Source: Cladosporium halotolerans (Eukaryota). Taken from it: 64,000 bases of DNA. The stretch covers positions 496,001 through 560,000 of the forward strand of contig NW_027191457.1 of assembly GCF_011745625.1 (NCBI RefSeq), given 5' to 3'. The notes beneath the pieces were generated by a model, which saw only the letters and a list, made by a program, of their open reading frames with translations, was not told the DNA's origin and made no database searches. Positions 46,890 to 59,312 of the stretch are shown here, one piece after another. Within the stretch, counting starts at the first letter, position 1. Every line of letters begins with the position of its first letter. The position numbers and the translations under genes were made by a program.

Positions 46890-48401
46890 CTATTTCTGGA
46901 GCTGAGAGTAGTAGAAGTTCTCCTCGGGCACACGGCCACGGAGGAACTGGGGCTCGGAGCCACGGACGTAGATGTCCTCGTAGAGGACCTCAGGGGTGGC
47001 ATCGGGCGGGGGCATGGCCTCGGCCTCGGCGACCTCGGCGTCGACGTTGGAGCGAGCCTTCTTGTCGATGCTCTTGAGCTCGTCCTCGGTGGTGACCTGC
47101 CACTCGAGCAGCTTCTGCTTGAGGCCGGCAATGGGGTCGTTGGTGCTGCGCATGCGCTGGATCTCCTCACGGGTACGGTAGGTGGTGCCGGGGTCGGACA
47201 TGGAGTGGCCACCGTAGCGGTAGGTGACGTACTCGTAGACAAGAGGACCCTTGCCGGCGTTGCACCACTCCTTACCGAACTGAACGGCGGCCTTGACGGC
47301 AAGAGCGTCCATGCCGTTGATCTTAAGACCAGGAATGTACTGACCACGCTTGTAGTAATCGGTGAGAGCGGAAGAGCGGTTGGCGGCAGTACCCATACCA
47401 TACTTGTTGTCTGTCAATTGTTAGCGGCTGATTCTTCATTGGTATATTGCGGGAACAAATGCGCTTACTCTCGCAGCCGAAGATCACAGGCAGGTCCCAC
47501 AGCTTAGCCATGTTGAAAGCCTCAAAGACCTGACCCTGGTTGGAGGCACCGTCACCGTAGAGAGCAAGGCAGACGTTCTTCTTGTCGGTGTACTTGTTGG
47601 CGAAGGCAATACCAGCGCCGACAGGAACCTGGGCACCGACGATACCGTTACCACCGTAGAAACCGGGGGCGAACATGTGCATGGAACCACCCTTGCCGTA
47701 GGCGATACCCTCGCGGCGGCCGAGCAGCTCACCGATGATGGACTTAACGGTGCCACCACGCATCATGGCGAAACCGTGGCAACGGTATGCGGTGATGACC
47801 TGGTCCTGCCTGGTGATCGCGTGCTCGATACCAACAGCGACAGCCTCCTGACCGGTGGAAAGATGGCAGAAACCACGGATCTTCTTCTCCTTGTACAGAC
47901 GGTCGGCAGCCATCTCCATGCGGCTGCAAAACATTTAATGTTAGCCCGCGCTCCTTCTGTCAAGCTCCTAGACAACAATTCCTCCGAAGATTCGCGATGC
48001 CCATCCATCCTGTCCCAACCGCTCTTATCCGGAATGGCGATCACATACCGCATGGCGACCATGTCGTAGTACATCTGCTTCAGCTCCTTCTTGGTAGTGT
48101 CGAGGGTGTATGAGGGCGGGTCGAGCTCGTAGGTCTCGAAGGCCTCGTCGGAGAGGCGCACAGAGAAGGGCTTGTCATCCTCCTGTAGCAAGAAGTGGGA
48201 TTAGCTTCCGGTCTTTTGCATTCCTGCGCAAATACGCATCCTTCCATGCGCAATTGATCCGGGCGAACGTACAGAGGGGACCTCCTCGGCGTGGAGCTGG
48301 CTGCTGGCGGCGTCGGTGGTGACATTGCGCCTGGCGACCGGGGCGGCGAATCTGAGGGCCCTGGGCGCGGCGGCGGCCCTAGGCGCGAAACGGGACAGCA
48401 T
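46890..48401 (-). CDS. PDA1: Pyruvate dehydrogenase E1 alpha subunit, mitochondrial; three introns
   Basis: Arg-rich presequence; [51 protein letters not shown]. Confidence 0.97.
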
Positions 48402-48981
48402 CTTCGGGTGAACCTCGACGAAGGCGAGGAGCAGGTATAAACGAAGGTATGGAGAAAGAGGGAGGGGTTGGTGGGCGGCGAGGTGAGGTGAGGTGGTTGA
48501 GGCAAGAGGATGCTGTGGCAGCTGGCGTGGTGCTGTGCTCTGCTGGGCCGGCTTTGAGATTCTCTTTCCCGTGTTGAGCTGCAGAACCCGTCCGTGCTTT
48601 CCGAATTAAACTCGCGCGCGCCCGCCATCCGCTCCGGAAGAGGACCTCAGTCTATCGGGCTGCGACAAAAACATCAACAATGCAATTATTTTGGATCAAC
48701 TCTTCGATGATAGTGTCAGATACCTCTCGGCCTGGTGGCAGTATGGTTGACGTTGCGCTCTCATCATCACAAACGTTGCATAAATAGGAACGAAGACTAC
48801 CTAAGTAATCGCATGGACCATTTACGGATACAGATACTCAATAGCGCTGCAAATCCGCGTGAATTATAAAAAGACGGTCATGTGCCATGTTCAAAACAAC
48901 ACCCACTCGCCAACGCCATGCTAATTCCAAGTCCCCGAGCAGCTCACAATAGCTGCAATTTACACTCTCAGTGTCACTCCC

Positions 48982-50526
48982 TCAAGCAATCCGAGCCTTC
49001 TTATGACTTCCGTTCGCCGCCACTGCTTCGTCTTCTGATTCATCCTCCCATTCATCGTCCTCATCCTCGTCCACTACCTTTCTCTTCCTTGAGGCTCTTG
49101 AAGCCCCACCCACAGTCGGCTTACCCTGCTCCATGGCCTCGACCCTCTCGAGCATGCTCGTGTAGCCCTCGAGCACCGAGTCCAACGCGCCCTCGACCTT
49201 TTCGGGACGCTCCTGCAGGTCGAGCTGCATCAGAGGGTCGCGATTGAAGATATAGATGCGATGCTTGGCATACAATCTCCAGAAGAAGTACGCTTTGTCG
49301 TGCTCATTAGTCGATCGTTCTTTCCGGGTAATCCGGTTCCGCGAGCGGTTGAACGCGGGGATGGTCGACAGAGTTTGCATCTCGACCAAGCGGCCGAGCT
49401 GCCGCGAATGGATCTTTGACTGCTTGCGGATCTTATCCGTGACATCACCTGGGACAATGAGTTCTACCGGGATGTGAGATTTTGGCTTGAGATTCTCTGC
49501 TGGAACACCTGTGTTGATGCGCAGATTTTGAAATTCGGGGTTGTTGGCGCGGAGATAGAGCATGTCGCAGAGGTCGCGAAGGTCGTCAAAGGCCTCATTC
49601 GGATCTTCGACCGTGAGCTCGATAACGTTTGCCGGAGCTATCAGGTGCTTATACATGGCGTTATAGAGCTCCTGGCCGTGGCCAGCACCTTGGAAGGTAG
49701 GTAGGATGATGAACTGAGAAAGACGCTCGCGACTGGGTAGGTCAAGAGGTGATTGAACTCCATCGTCGCACAAAGCTGATACAAAGTCCTCGGCTGATGC
49801 TTGTGAGACCTTGGCTCTCGAAGCCTCGTCGCCCTGGAGGAGCTTCAGGTGGTAGGGATCAGGCTGTCGGCGGTCCGGGAAAGTGAACACTCGATAGGAG
49901 GTACCGAAACCGACAAAGGCGTAAGGCGAGGTGTTTTCTGCTGCATCATCGAACACTCGATACAGCAGAAACAGCTTCCATCGCTGCGTTGTCCAGTCTT
50001 GCTCCAGTTGTAGTATCGTTCCGCCCTCGATAAACATCGGCACCAGTATCTGCATGTTCTCCAATAGCTTCTTTGCCGCCGGATCTGTCAGACTTGCACA
50101 CCAGACCTCGTACTTCTCTCCATTCTTTGTGTACTCCCGAAGTTTCTCTCCAGGCGGCGTCCAGCCCGCCACTGTTGCCTCTCCTGCAACAGCCGTATCA
50201 AAAGCTTCCATGGGAAGGAAGTCGCGTAGAGGCTCTTTGACGTCGGTTGGCTTGATATCACCAATAGCCTGAAATTTCTTGCCGTATCGCACGTTCAGCT
50301 CAGGGCGCAAATCATGGGCGGCGAATTTGAGGTCGATGTCCAAGTCTTGGTAGCCGAAGATAGCTTCCTCGTCGCCAAAGATAGGGTAGGTGAAAGCCGG
50401 CTGGAAAGCAGCATGTTCACTGCCATCACTCCGGACGAGCGATATGTGAAAGCACCCATTGCTGTTGCTGGACCATTCGTTCACTTGCTGGGTAATGAGC
50501 TCCTCGAGTTCGCCGTCGGCAGCCAT
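48982..50526 (-). CDS. HAT1: Histone acetyltransferase type B catalytic subunit
   Basis: FQPAFTYPIFGDEEAIFGYQDL, FIEGG, RERLSQFIILPTFQGAGHG, ELTVEDPNEAFDDLRD; basic/acidic NLS-like tail. Confidence 0.94.
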   Translation of the reverse strand: MAADGELEELITQQVNEWSSNSNGCFHISLVRSDGSEHAAFQPAFTYPIFGDEEAIFGYQDLDIDLKFAAHDLRPELNVRYGKKFQAIGDIKPTDVKEPLRDFLPMEAFDTAVAGEATVAGWTPPGEKLREYTKNGEKYEVWCASLTDPAAKKLLENMQILVPMFIEGGTILQLEQDWTTQRWKLFLLYRVFDDAAENTSPYAFVGFGTSYRVFTFPDRRQPDPYHLKLLQGDEASRAKVSQASAEDFVSALCDDGVQSPLDLPSRERLSQFIILPTFQGAGHGQELYNAMYKHLIAPANVIELTVEDPNEAFDDLRDLCDMLYLRANNPEFQNLRINTGVPAENLKPKSHIPVELIVPGDVTDKIRKQSKIHSRQLGRLVEMQTLSTIPAFNRSRNRITRKERSTNEHDKAYFFWRLYAKHRIYIFNRDPLMQLDLQERPEKVEGALDSVLEGYTSMLERVEAMEQGKPTVGGASRASRKRKVVDEDEDDEWEDESEDEAVAANGSHKKARIA

Positions 50527-51017
50527 GTCGGACGATGTGTTGTCGTAAAGCGATGGTCGTGTTATCTGTGCTGATTTTTGCTAGTAGCGATCGATGTGTG
50601 AAAAGCACGAAAAGGTGCGTGGCCGTGGTGGGAAGCAGAATGATCTTGTCGCATGACCTGAGGTATGCGGACCTGGCGCAACAGCGAGTGATCAGCCTCT
50701 GGAAACGCGCCCGACGCGAAGTCGCGTTGCACTCCCGAAAGCGCACCGCGGCCCGCAGCCGACAAGGTTCTGGCGCCACGAGCCAGCGGCAAGGGCGACT
50801 TTGCGACCGTGATGAGACGGCTGACGAGTCGCAGGAGTGGAGCCCTTGGCCCAGGTCGCGTCTTCAACCAAGCCATGACGGTGTTTCTCCAGGTGCACTG
50901 GTTCCTTGTCTCGTCTTGAGATTCACACCTCACTCAATGCCAGCGCAAATATTATAGACAGCCATTCAACCCTTCTCAAGCACTGCTCGTTCGGCGTGGA
51001 TCGCCGGCATTGCAGCC

Positions 51018-52421
51018 ATGTGGGACGGTTTCTTTATACTGCTGCTGCTATGCGTGGTCATGGCTACAGCGTAAGTTGACAGTTGAATCCACCCCAATGG
51101 CCGTTGTGCCAAATGTCTTTTGCGCATGCTGACCTGATCCAGCTCCATACTAGCCGGCCTTCTACCACTCTCGTTCGCCCTATCAAAGCGACAATTGCGA
51201 TTCATCACCGCTCTAGGAACAGGTGTCCTGGTAGGCACCTCGCTGGTCGTTATTATACCTGAGGGAATCGAGACCGTGTATAGCTCGAGCGGAAGCAGCC
51301 ATGGACACGAAAAGAGAGCCCTGCCGGGCTTTCACATGAGAAGAAACATCGAGAACACACAACCCATTGCGAATGTTGCATGGACATCGCTGGCGCAGCG
51401 TGATGCCGTGGGCGACTCGTACGAAGCCGGCGCACCTGCTGCCAACGTGGGAGACTTCATAACAGGCCCTGACGACGGCTTCAAAACCGAAGAGCAAACC
51501 GCAGCAGACTTATCGAAACAGGGTCACCCCTCCACAGACGCAGGCCACGAGGAAATGTCCAGTCTGCCTCCAAGCCAGCAGAAAGCACAACCCTCCAAAG
51601 CCAACGACCACCACGACGACGAGCACGCCGGCCGTGACCCGCACGCCTACATCGGTGTCTCCCTCATTGCCGGCTTCATCCTCATGTATCTGATCGACAC
51701 CCTCCCCCGCCGCGCAAGCTCCTCCTCGCAACCGCAGCGCTTCCAAATCAACCTCACGCAATTCAGCCTCAACAGATCCGGAACAACCTCCATCGACACC
51801 GAATCCCCGCCCCAAGAACCAGACTACTCCGCCTCGCATTCGAACCCCAGCGTGCGCCCCTCCTCGACAACCGTGGGCCTCGTCATCCACGCCTGCGCCG
51901 ACGGCATCGCGCTCGGCGCCTCCTCCTCCGGCAGCCCATCCGGCAGCGGCCGCAACCTGTCCGTGATCATCTTCTTCGCGCTGATGATCCACAAAGCGCC
52001 CGCGGCCTTCGGGCTCACGACCACACTCCTCAAGCAAGGGCTCTCGAAGCGCGCCGCGCGCGCGCACCTCATCGTCTTCGCGCTCGCGGCGCCCGCGGGC
52101 GCCCTTATCACCTGGGCTGCTGTGATGCTGCTGGGCTACGGCGGCTTGCCGGAGAGCGTGAGCGCGGAGTTCGCGACGGGCATTTTGCTGCTTTTCAGTG
52201 GCGGAACCTTCTTGTATGTTGCAATGCACACCATGCAGGATGCGGGCGAGCACGCGGAGCACGCGGCGGATGGGTATGCGGAGGTGCCGATGAGTGGGTA
52301 TGGAGAGGACAGTGGGGCGGCGAGTAAAGGTGCGAGTGAGGGTGGGGTCGCGGAGACGTTTGTCACTGTAGGAGGGATGATGTTGCCGCTTTTGTTCAAC
52401 TCGTTTGGCCATGGACATTGA
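51018..52421 (+). CDS. ATX2: ZIP-family metal transporter (Atx2/ZIP9-like); one intron
   Basis: MWDGFFILLLLCVVMATA|SILAGLLPLS..GTGVLVGTSLVVIIPEG; GLVIHACADGIALG, IHKAPAAFG, FSGGTFLYVAMH. Confidence 0.88.
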
Positions 52422-52740
52422 TTGGAGAGTGGGGTGTGGTAAGGGGATTTGAAGAACCATAGATCGATGTGATACGATAGATTCGATATGCATATGAACG
52501 TTGGCCGAGGGATAGCATAAACTCCATCTCATTTGATGGCCGCATTTTTATGCAGAACGATTCTATTCATTACGAAGGACGCTATAGCGGCCGAAGGGTG
52601 AGACACTGTGGCGGCGACATCGACAAACTTGAATATGATTCTCGATCAAGGTTCAATCATGCAATCATTCATTCGTAAAGTACATGAATTGTCGATCCAA
52701 CATTCTCAGCGCAGGATTCTGCGCGTCCCTAGGCCATAAC

Positions 52741-53847
52741 CTAGTAATCATCAGACCTGCCAGCCTGCTCACGCTTCTCCCTGCCCTTCTCGGCGATGTT
52801 GTCCTTGCCCAGCATGTTGCCCGCCTTCTCCATGAGCTTGCCCATGGTGGAGTCCTTCTTGCTGTCGTCATGGCCGGTGCGGTCGTTGTAATCGGTGTTG
52901 CCGCTGCCATAGCCCGTGTTGCTGCTGCCGTAGCCTGCACCGGTAGTGGTGTTGGACTGTGATTTGAGTTAGTCTTTGAGGATAGGTGAGGTAGAAAGGA
53001 GATTTGACTTACGTCGCCATAGCCGCTAGTCGTGTTGCCGGAGCCGTAGCCTCCAGTCGTGCGGTCGGAGTCGAAACGGGAGTTGTCGGAGTCGACGCGC
53101 GGGTCGGTCCTGTTGGCCATATCGGAGGAGTGAGGGCCGCTGGTGGTGTTGCCGTAGCCGCCGGTGGTGCGGTCGGAGTCGAAACGGCTGTTGTCCGAGT
53201 CGCGAGTCGATCCGTAGCCGCTGGAGCCACCGTAAGGCTTGGAGTTGTCGCTGTCGACACGCGGGTCGAGCTTGTTGGCAGTGTCGGAGTTGTGCGGTCC
53301 TGATGTGTTGCTGGAGCCGTAGCTGTCGGTGTTGCTGGAGCCGAAGCCTCCGGTGGTGTTCCTGTTGGAGTCATAGGACTTGGAGTTGTCGCTGTCGACA
53401 CGCGGGTCCAGCTTGTTCATCATATCAGACTTGTGGGGGCCTGATGTGTTGTTGTCAGAAGAGCCGTAGTTGTCTGACCCATAGCCGCCGGTTGTGTTTC
53501 CAGCGCGAGCAGCGTTGTAGTCAGATCCAATGCCACCCGTAGTGGTACCGGAAGATCCATAGTTGCCTGAACCATAGCCACCGGTGGTGTTGCCCGTGGA
53601 GCCGTATCCTCCGGAAGTCAGATCGTCAGAACGGCCGAAGTTGTCGGTATCACGGGTGTTTGACTGGATGCTTGTAAGTCACAGGAACAACAAGGGTGAG
53701 AGCAGTGCTCGACTTACGCCCAGGCCACTGGTCGTGTTGGAAGAGCCGAAGTTGTCGGTTTGGCGACCTGGTTCGGTCAGATACAATGTCTAGGCCAATG
53801 GATCATTGCTGAAGCATACCGAAGCTGTCCTCGTTGTTGTAAGCCAT
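52741..53847 (-). CDS. Fungal dehydrin-like (DPR-repeat) hydrophilin; three introns
   Basis: G/S/T/N/D-rich protein with three GPHxSDxxN(K/R)xDPRVDSD repeats and a C-terminal KKDSTMGKLMEKAGNMLGKDNIAEKGREKR segment. Confidence 0.88.
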
Positions 53848-54837
53848 GTTTGCTGGTAAATCAGATGCTGATATGGATATGTTGGTTTGAAGAGGGGGTA
53901 AGGGTCTATGAAGGAAAGATCATGCAGGGTAAGAGCGGAGAAGGTCTTTATACAAGTCACCCTACCATCAGTCCACCTCGGTCTCGATCACGACTTATCC
54001 ATAACCCGGTTTCTGACGTACGAGCAAACGAGGATCTGGCACAATTGCGTCACCCGCAGTACTCCTCAGCGTCCCTGCAGAACCAGTAAGGAAATCAAGA
54101 AAGACGCCTCAGACACATTGCCCCTCTCTGGCCCTGTTCGGGGAACACGTGTTCAGGCTACGTATGCTGGCGCTGTCGCGAGCGCTGGTGTCTGTAGCGG
54201 TGCTGTTCTAGAACTCTAATGGCGCTGTTTTGTTTAGCATTGGTGATCCCTGCTTAGAGCCCTAAACCCTGCTTGGAGAAGACCCACTTCAGCTCTTTGC
54301 CAGAGCTCCGCAGGACGGCTACGCGGCTGCATCAGCTGTCTCGCAACGTCACAGCAATGAAGCAGGAATTAGGCCGCGCTCGCTTGCACAACCTCACCCT
54401 GGCCCTGCTTCAACGACGTCCCGATGAGAGGGAAATGATGTGATACCGATGCTGTTATATTGTGTGGCGCAGTTCAATTCGGCACGCTTTGCACGTGAGC
54501 GCTGCAAGGACGAGACAGTCGGCTTGGTCACGTCATTTCCAACTTTCACTGTCAATCACAGCCGCAGTTGCAAGCCACCTGGGCCACATGAACAGACGAT
54601 CTTTACGTGCTCAGCCCCAGGAGCGGACTAGTCCGCAGAACATCAAGGAACTGGGTGCCACTTTGGGCTGCAGCAGCGTCCGTCGTGGCCGACAGAGCCG
54701 ATGCCCTGTCACGCGGTCCCTGCAGTCGCTGGTAGCATTCAGCCACACGAGCGAAAAGCAATTCAAAAGGTGAACGATCTCAGATGCTTTGCCACGATCG
54801 TGAAAGCCACGCTACACGTTCTATTCAGGAATGCTGC

Positions 54838-55782
54838 TTAGAGTTTGGACTTCTTGCCTCCCTTGACACCGCTCACGACGTCTCCGCTCAGCAGGAAATC
54901 GGGATATTGATACCCGCCCATGTCACCGCCTGCGACCCGCCACTGCCCACCATCCACCACCAATGCGTGTCCGTTCACATAGCTTCCGGCCTCGGAGAAG
55001 AGATACACCGTCGCGTCGGCGATCTCCTTCACTTCGCCCCATCTCCCACTCGGGATGCCCATCTTACTCCGCTTCAACGTGTGCTCGTCACTCTTCGCCA
55101 ACCGCTCCATGCCTTCCGTGTTAGCAATAGGGCCCGGCGTAATAACGTTGGAGGTCACGCCCAAAGGACCAAACTCGATGGATGTCGCGAAGCAAATTTG
55201 GTCCACTGCTGCTTTCGCGGCAGAAACGTGAGCCTGCAAAGGCTTGCCGGTGTAGTGAAACGTTGCAGAAACAAAGATTATTCGGCCTCCAGTGCCAGTA
55301 GGGTAGGCCTTGCCAGTATTCTTGTGCTTACTAGCACTCTCCACAAGGTACGGCAGCGTAGCTCTAGCTGTGTTGTAAGAGCCGAGCGCATCGATGTCCA
55401 TGACGGACTTGAACGCATTGCTGCTAAGCTGTGCCATCGGTGCCAGGAAGTTGCCTGCCGCACCCGCAATACAAAAGTCGATGCCACCGAGTTCCTTCGC
55501 GCAGCGGTCTGCGGCGTCCTGAAGAGCCTTGGGATCTCGCACGTCGACGGCGCCGATTCCGATGACTTTGGCACCTGGGCGTGCCGTAGCGATGTCTTTG
55601 GCCATGCGCTCAGTCTTCTCTACATTGCGGCCGATGATGCATGCGTTGCCTCCTAGCGCGACGAAAGCGCGAGTCTGGCCACTGCAGATGGTGCCAGCTC
55701 CGCCGGTACAGAAGAGGACCTTGTCGTTGAAGATACCATCGCGCCAGGTGGAGCCGAGGAACTCTTCGCGTGGGACGGGCAT
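54838..55782 (-). CDS. SPS19: Peroxisomal 2,4-dienoyl-CoA reductase (SDR family)
   Basis: TGGAGTIC, AGAAGNFLAP, QAHVSAAKA, ITPGPIANTEG; C-terminal PTS1 SKL. Confidence 0.93.
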   Translation of the reverse strand: MPVPREEFLGSTWRDGIFNDKVLFCTGGAGTICSGQTRAFVALGGNACIIGRNVEKTERMAKDIATARPGAKVIGIGAVDVRDPKALQDAADRCAKELGGIDFCIAGAAGNFLAPMAQLSSNAFKSVMDIDALGSYNTARATLPYLVESASKHKNTGKAYPTGTGGRIIFVSATFHYTGKPLQAHVSAAKAAVDQICFATSIEFGPLGVTSNVITPGPIANTEGMERLAKSDEHTLKRSKMGIPSGRWGEVKEIADATVYLFSEAGSYVNGHALVVDGGQWRVAGGDMGGYQYPDFLLSGDVVSGVKGGKKSKL

Positions 55783-55936
55783 TTTTGGGCTTGTCTGGAT
55801 TGTTTTATGTTGGTTTTCGATAGTGCCTTCCGAACACAGATGGAAACAGCTGAATGATGAATGGAACAAATCGTCGGTGTAGTCAGTGCCCAAGACACCT
55901 TTCTTCAAGTCGCGGTGTTGCGGCCGTAAAGTATTA

Positions 55937-56301
55937 CCTCGGCAAGTCTCACACGTAGGTAGCAATACAATTGTGTGAATCGGATTAGAGAATCTCAGCC
56001 GTAAAGTGACTTCTCCTAAGGAACGTACAATGAAGCACCCGTTGATTCGTCAAAGTACGTGGTGGTAGGGAGACGAAATACCCAATGCTTGGGATGAGCC
56101 TCGGCTTGATCGCGTCCAAGCGAGTGGGTCGCCAGAGCGCACCGGGCTCCGCGCTGGCTGAGGTGTGCACTTGAGCAACACGGGCCACTATCTCAATGCC
56201 GCCCTGGCGTCATCGGACACTTACGACATCAGAACAGATAGATTCCAGACCTCCACCGTTCGCACATACCCAACCCGATATTCACTGCGAAGAGTCCTCG
56301 G
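55937..56301. promoter_or_regulatory. Three CCTCGG (FarA/FarB-type fatty-acid response) motifs
   Basis: CCTCGG at 55937, 56099 and 56296 in the SPS19/ATG33 divergent promoter. Confidence 0.55.
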
Positions 56302-56400
56302 CACCACAGAGATTGTCCAAGTGGTCAACCCAGTTTCCGTGACGAACACCCAGCAGCCTCGAGCTCCCAGGCCCCACCACAGCTCCAACGCAGAGCAAAC

Positions 56401-56923
56401 ATGTCTACGACCGTCACCCTCTGCAAATTCGTCGGCACCGTCAGCCTCGGTCTGCTCACCGTACGCATCACTCACCCAATCCCAAATGCCACTCAAGCAA
56501 ATCTAACCCCAACCCCAGGGCGTCTCCTACACCCTCTCAACGCAATCCCTCCCCTCGCTCCTCACGCTCCCCTCCGCCAAACCCGCCGCCCACACGCTCT
56601 CGCAAACCACGCGCCTCGCGACTCTACACGTGCGCACGCTCTCTGCCCTCGCCAGTGCGTCGCTGCTCGCGGCCTTCGCGCTCAGCCCTGCGCGCGTCAG
56701 ACACCCGTATCTGCTGTGGACGAGTCTGGCGGCGGCTGCGAGCGGTGGGCTGGGATATGTGGTGAAGGCGGGCGGCGTTGCGGAGGAGGAGGTTGGGGAG
56801 GTGAATGGTGAGGAGGTGGAGAAGAGGGCGAGGGAGTTGCAGTGGGCGGAGTTTGTGAGGTGTGGTGTTAGTGGGATGGGGTTTGCGATGGGCGTGCTTG
56901 GTATTTGGGGCGATGGTGCGTGA
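56401..56923 (+). CDS. ATG33: Autophagy-related protein 33 / Scm4-family mitochondrial membrane protein; intron 56461-56518
   Basis: KFVGTVSLGLLT|GVSYTLS...LPSA..SPARVRHPYLLWTS...VNGEEV...GFAMGVLGIWGDGA. Confidence 0.85.
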
Positions 56924-57261
56924 GAGGGCGTGGAGAAAGATGGGTGAGAGTTGATGCTGTATGATTCAAAGGACGAAATGATAATGTTCTGAAGATTGGG
57001 TCTTCCTGAAGTATCCATGGTTGGTGCCAGTGGTGGCTGGGCGAATGACTGCTGGACGGGGCATGGTACTCAGAACATGGATCTTCGGCGCGGCATTGCT
57101 ATAGCTGCTCAACTACGCTCAATGATATTACACGACTTTTATTGCAGATCTCGGTTCGTATTGGATGTGATTAGGCCGTCGAGCGCCTTGATCTACTCGC
57201 ACAACACTTGAAAGTCAAACTTGATACTATGGTCTCTGGACCTCTAAAACTTTTATGTTTA

Positions 57262-58633
57262 CTACCTTTTGTATATACCAAGTCCCCACGCAGCCCTAAG
57301 CATCGCCAGGCCGAACGCCATTCCCAAGCTATCCCAAACCACGTTCAGCTTGCTTCCTTTGACTTCCTTCCACCCAATTGGCACCTCAACCATGGGAATG
57401 TCAGCGCTTTCGGCCAACATAAGCATCTCTACGTCGAAAATCCAGCCTTCGGAATGCATGTAAGGAACAATGTAGGGGAGCGAAGGCCGCGTGAACAGCT
57501 TGAAGCCACACTGCGTGTCTTTGATCTGAGCCGTCTTGGGTGTTGTGAGCAAGCGCAGGAGGAGATGGAAGGAGTGCATGAGAGTATTGCGGAGGAACGA
57601 TCGCTATGATTTCTGTCAGCCCGATGTTTCGACAACCAATAAATTAGATGAACGAACCTTGACAACGGCCGCCGTGCCGACCATGTGCGCTCGGCTTCCG
57701 ACGCCTACCGCGCGGCCTTGCTTGTCTTTTGCTTTCTCGCACGCTTGCACCAAAGGTCCCAAATCACTGAAGCGACTTGCTCCGTCCGCGTCGGCAAACA
57801 CCACATACGTTCCTCTAGCATGGCGCATGCCGTGTGTGACAGCGCCTCCCTTGCCGCGATTCTGTTCCAGGTTTACCACTCTGATCGTGCCGGGCGGGAT
57901 GTTCGTCGGCTTCAAGCTCGCCTTCCAAGGCCCACTCGGCGTAGGCGGCGCCTTGTTCAACTGATGCGTCTTCGCGAACTGCAGCGCCGTCGCGATCGTC
58001 TGATCCGTGCTGCCATCGCTCACGAGCAGGATCTCCCACCCTCGCCAGGGATCTGCTTGTCGTCCGCTCGCCTGAGCGTTTCCATTGCTGCTACTCTTAC
58101 TCTTCGTGCCGTGGTGGCCGTACTGCTTCTCAAGGTATTCAACCGCTTCTTCCAACATGCCGCTCAGCCGGTCTTGCTCATTGAAAGCCGGCACGACGAG
58201 CGTCATGAACAGCTCCGCGTCGGCGGCTTGGTGTGCTTCTTGCGTAGATATACGTCCGTCCTTCGCCATCTGCCGCAGTGCGACGTAGTTGTCGTACCAG
58301 CATGGTAAGGGCTGGAGCTTGCTGATGCGGCCGTCGGCTTCGATTGTGATGTACTGCTTCTCAGAAGACCTAGGAGGTCTTGGGATGGGAGCCAACAGGT
58401 AGAGCGAAATAAATAGCTGTGGAACGAGGCCTGGTCAGTCTTGCTCAGTGGTCCGTACTAAGGGAACGAGCTGGTGATAGACAGTGTTATGAAATAGCAG
58501 AGAAAGGAAATACCAGGACTATGATACCGAAGAGGCCCGCAACCGCTCCTGCTGCCCACATCCATTTTGGCACCTCTGCTAGCCGGTCGAGCATCGTCCA
58601 AACCGGCTCGGGGACTGAATCGGCGGCATCCAT
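57262..58633 (-). CDS. ALG5: Dolichyl-phosphate beta-glucosyltransferase; two introns
   Basis: N-terminal TM segment; LVVPAFNE, VSDGSTD, NRGKGGAVTHG, FADADGAS, GSRAH, DTQCGFKLF, WIFDVE, WKEVKGSKL. Confidence 0.93.
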
Positions 58634-59024
58634 CGTTGGACGTTATTCGATCGGACGGAGTGGAAAGAGAGCTCCCGAAGAAGCGTGCACAGTAAAGTGC
58701 GTGGCGTAGATCAACTACAGTTCTGGGAACGAATGCATCAATTGAAATTGCACAATTGCAAACTGTAAAAGCACTGAGCGAGAGCTTGAGAGGCAGTGCT
58801 TGGGAAAGCTGGCTTCAACATTCACGTAGGTCATCGTAGCGCGAGCCGGCCGAGCCAGGGTCTTGGCTGTCGGCGTATGAAAGCCGACGCTCACCCCTCA
58901 GTTGCGCACATTGAAAGCTGATGTTCATTTTACCGAGACAAAAGTAAAGAGCGAGCGCAATGGGCAACGACACGGTGTTACATAGATGGCGCTTATGGTT
59001 CACAAGATGGCAAAAGCAAAAGGA

Positions 59025-59132
59025 AGCTCGACCCCAGGATCGAACTGAGGACCTTACCCGTTGACAGGTATTCATCAGCTTACTGTGAAGGTAGCTGTGA
59101 AGGGTACGTGATAGCCACTACACCAGTCGAGC
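59025..59132 (-). tRNA. tRNA-Val(CAC) with 35-nt intron (59061-59095)
   Basis: GCTCGACTGGTGTAGTGGCTATCACGTACCCTTCACA[intron]CGGGTAAGGTCCTCAGTTCGATCCTGGGGTCGAGC; intron at the canonical 37/38 position. Confidence 0.92.
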
Positions 59133-59312
59133 AATCAATTTCTGAGGGATGCGCAAATTATGTTGATTATTAATACTAATCTGAATTGATGCGTTGGAAT
59201 GTCCGCTTGTGACGCCATCGACACTTGCGCCATCAATGCCAATTGTTTACTGTACGCGTGAGCACCAAGTTCCTGCAATGTACTTAAGCCTGCACTTGGT
59301 CAGCCACGATTC

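Noticed and set aside
53040..53450. Spaced direct repeats resembling a CRISPR-like array
   Set aside because: They are the coding DPRVDSD repeats of the dehydrin gene in a eukaryotic genome.
58417..58513. ALG5 first intron as a stwintron, or two introns around a 12-nt microexon (internal CAG...TTA/GTACGG)
   Set aside because: A single 97-nt GT-AG intron already gives the correct frame. The [D1,2] route would frameshift, and the split introns would be only 42-43 nt with a poor branch site.
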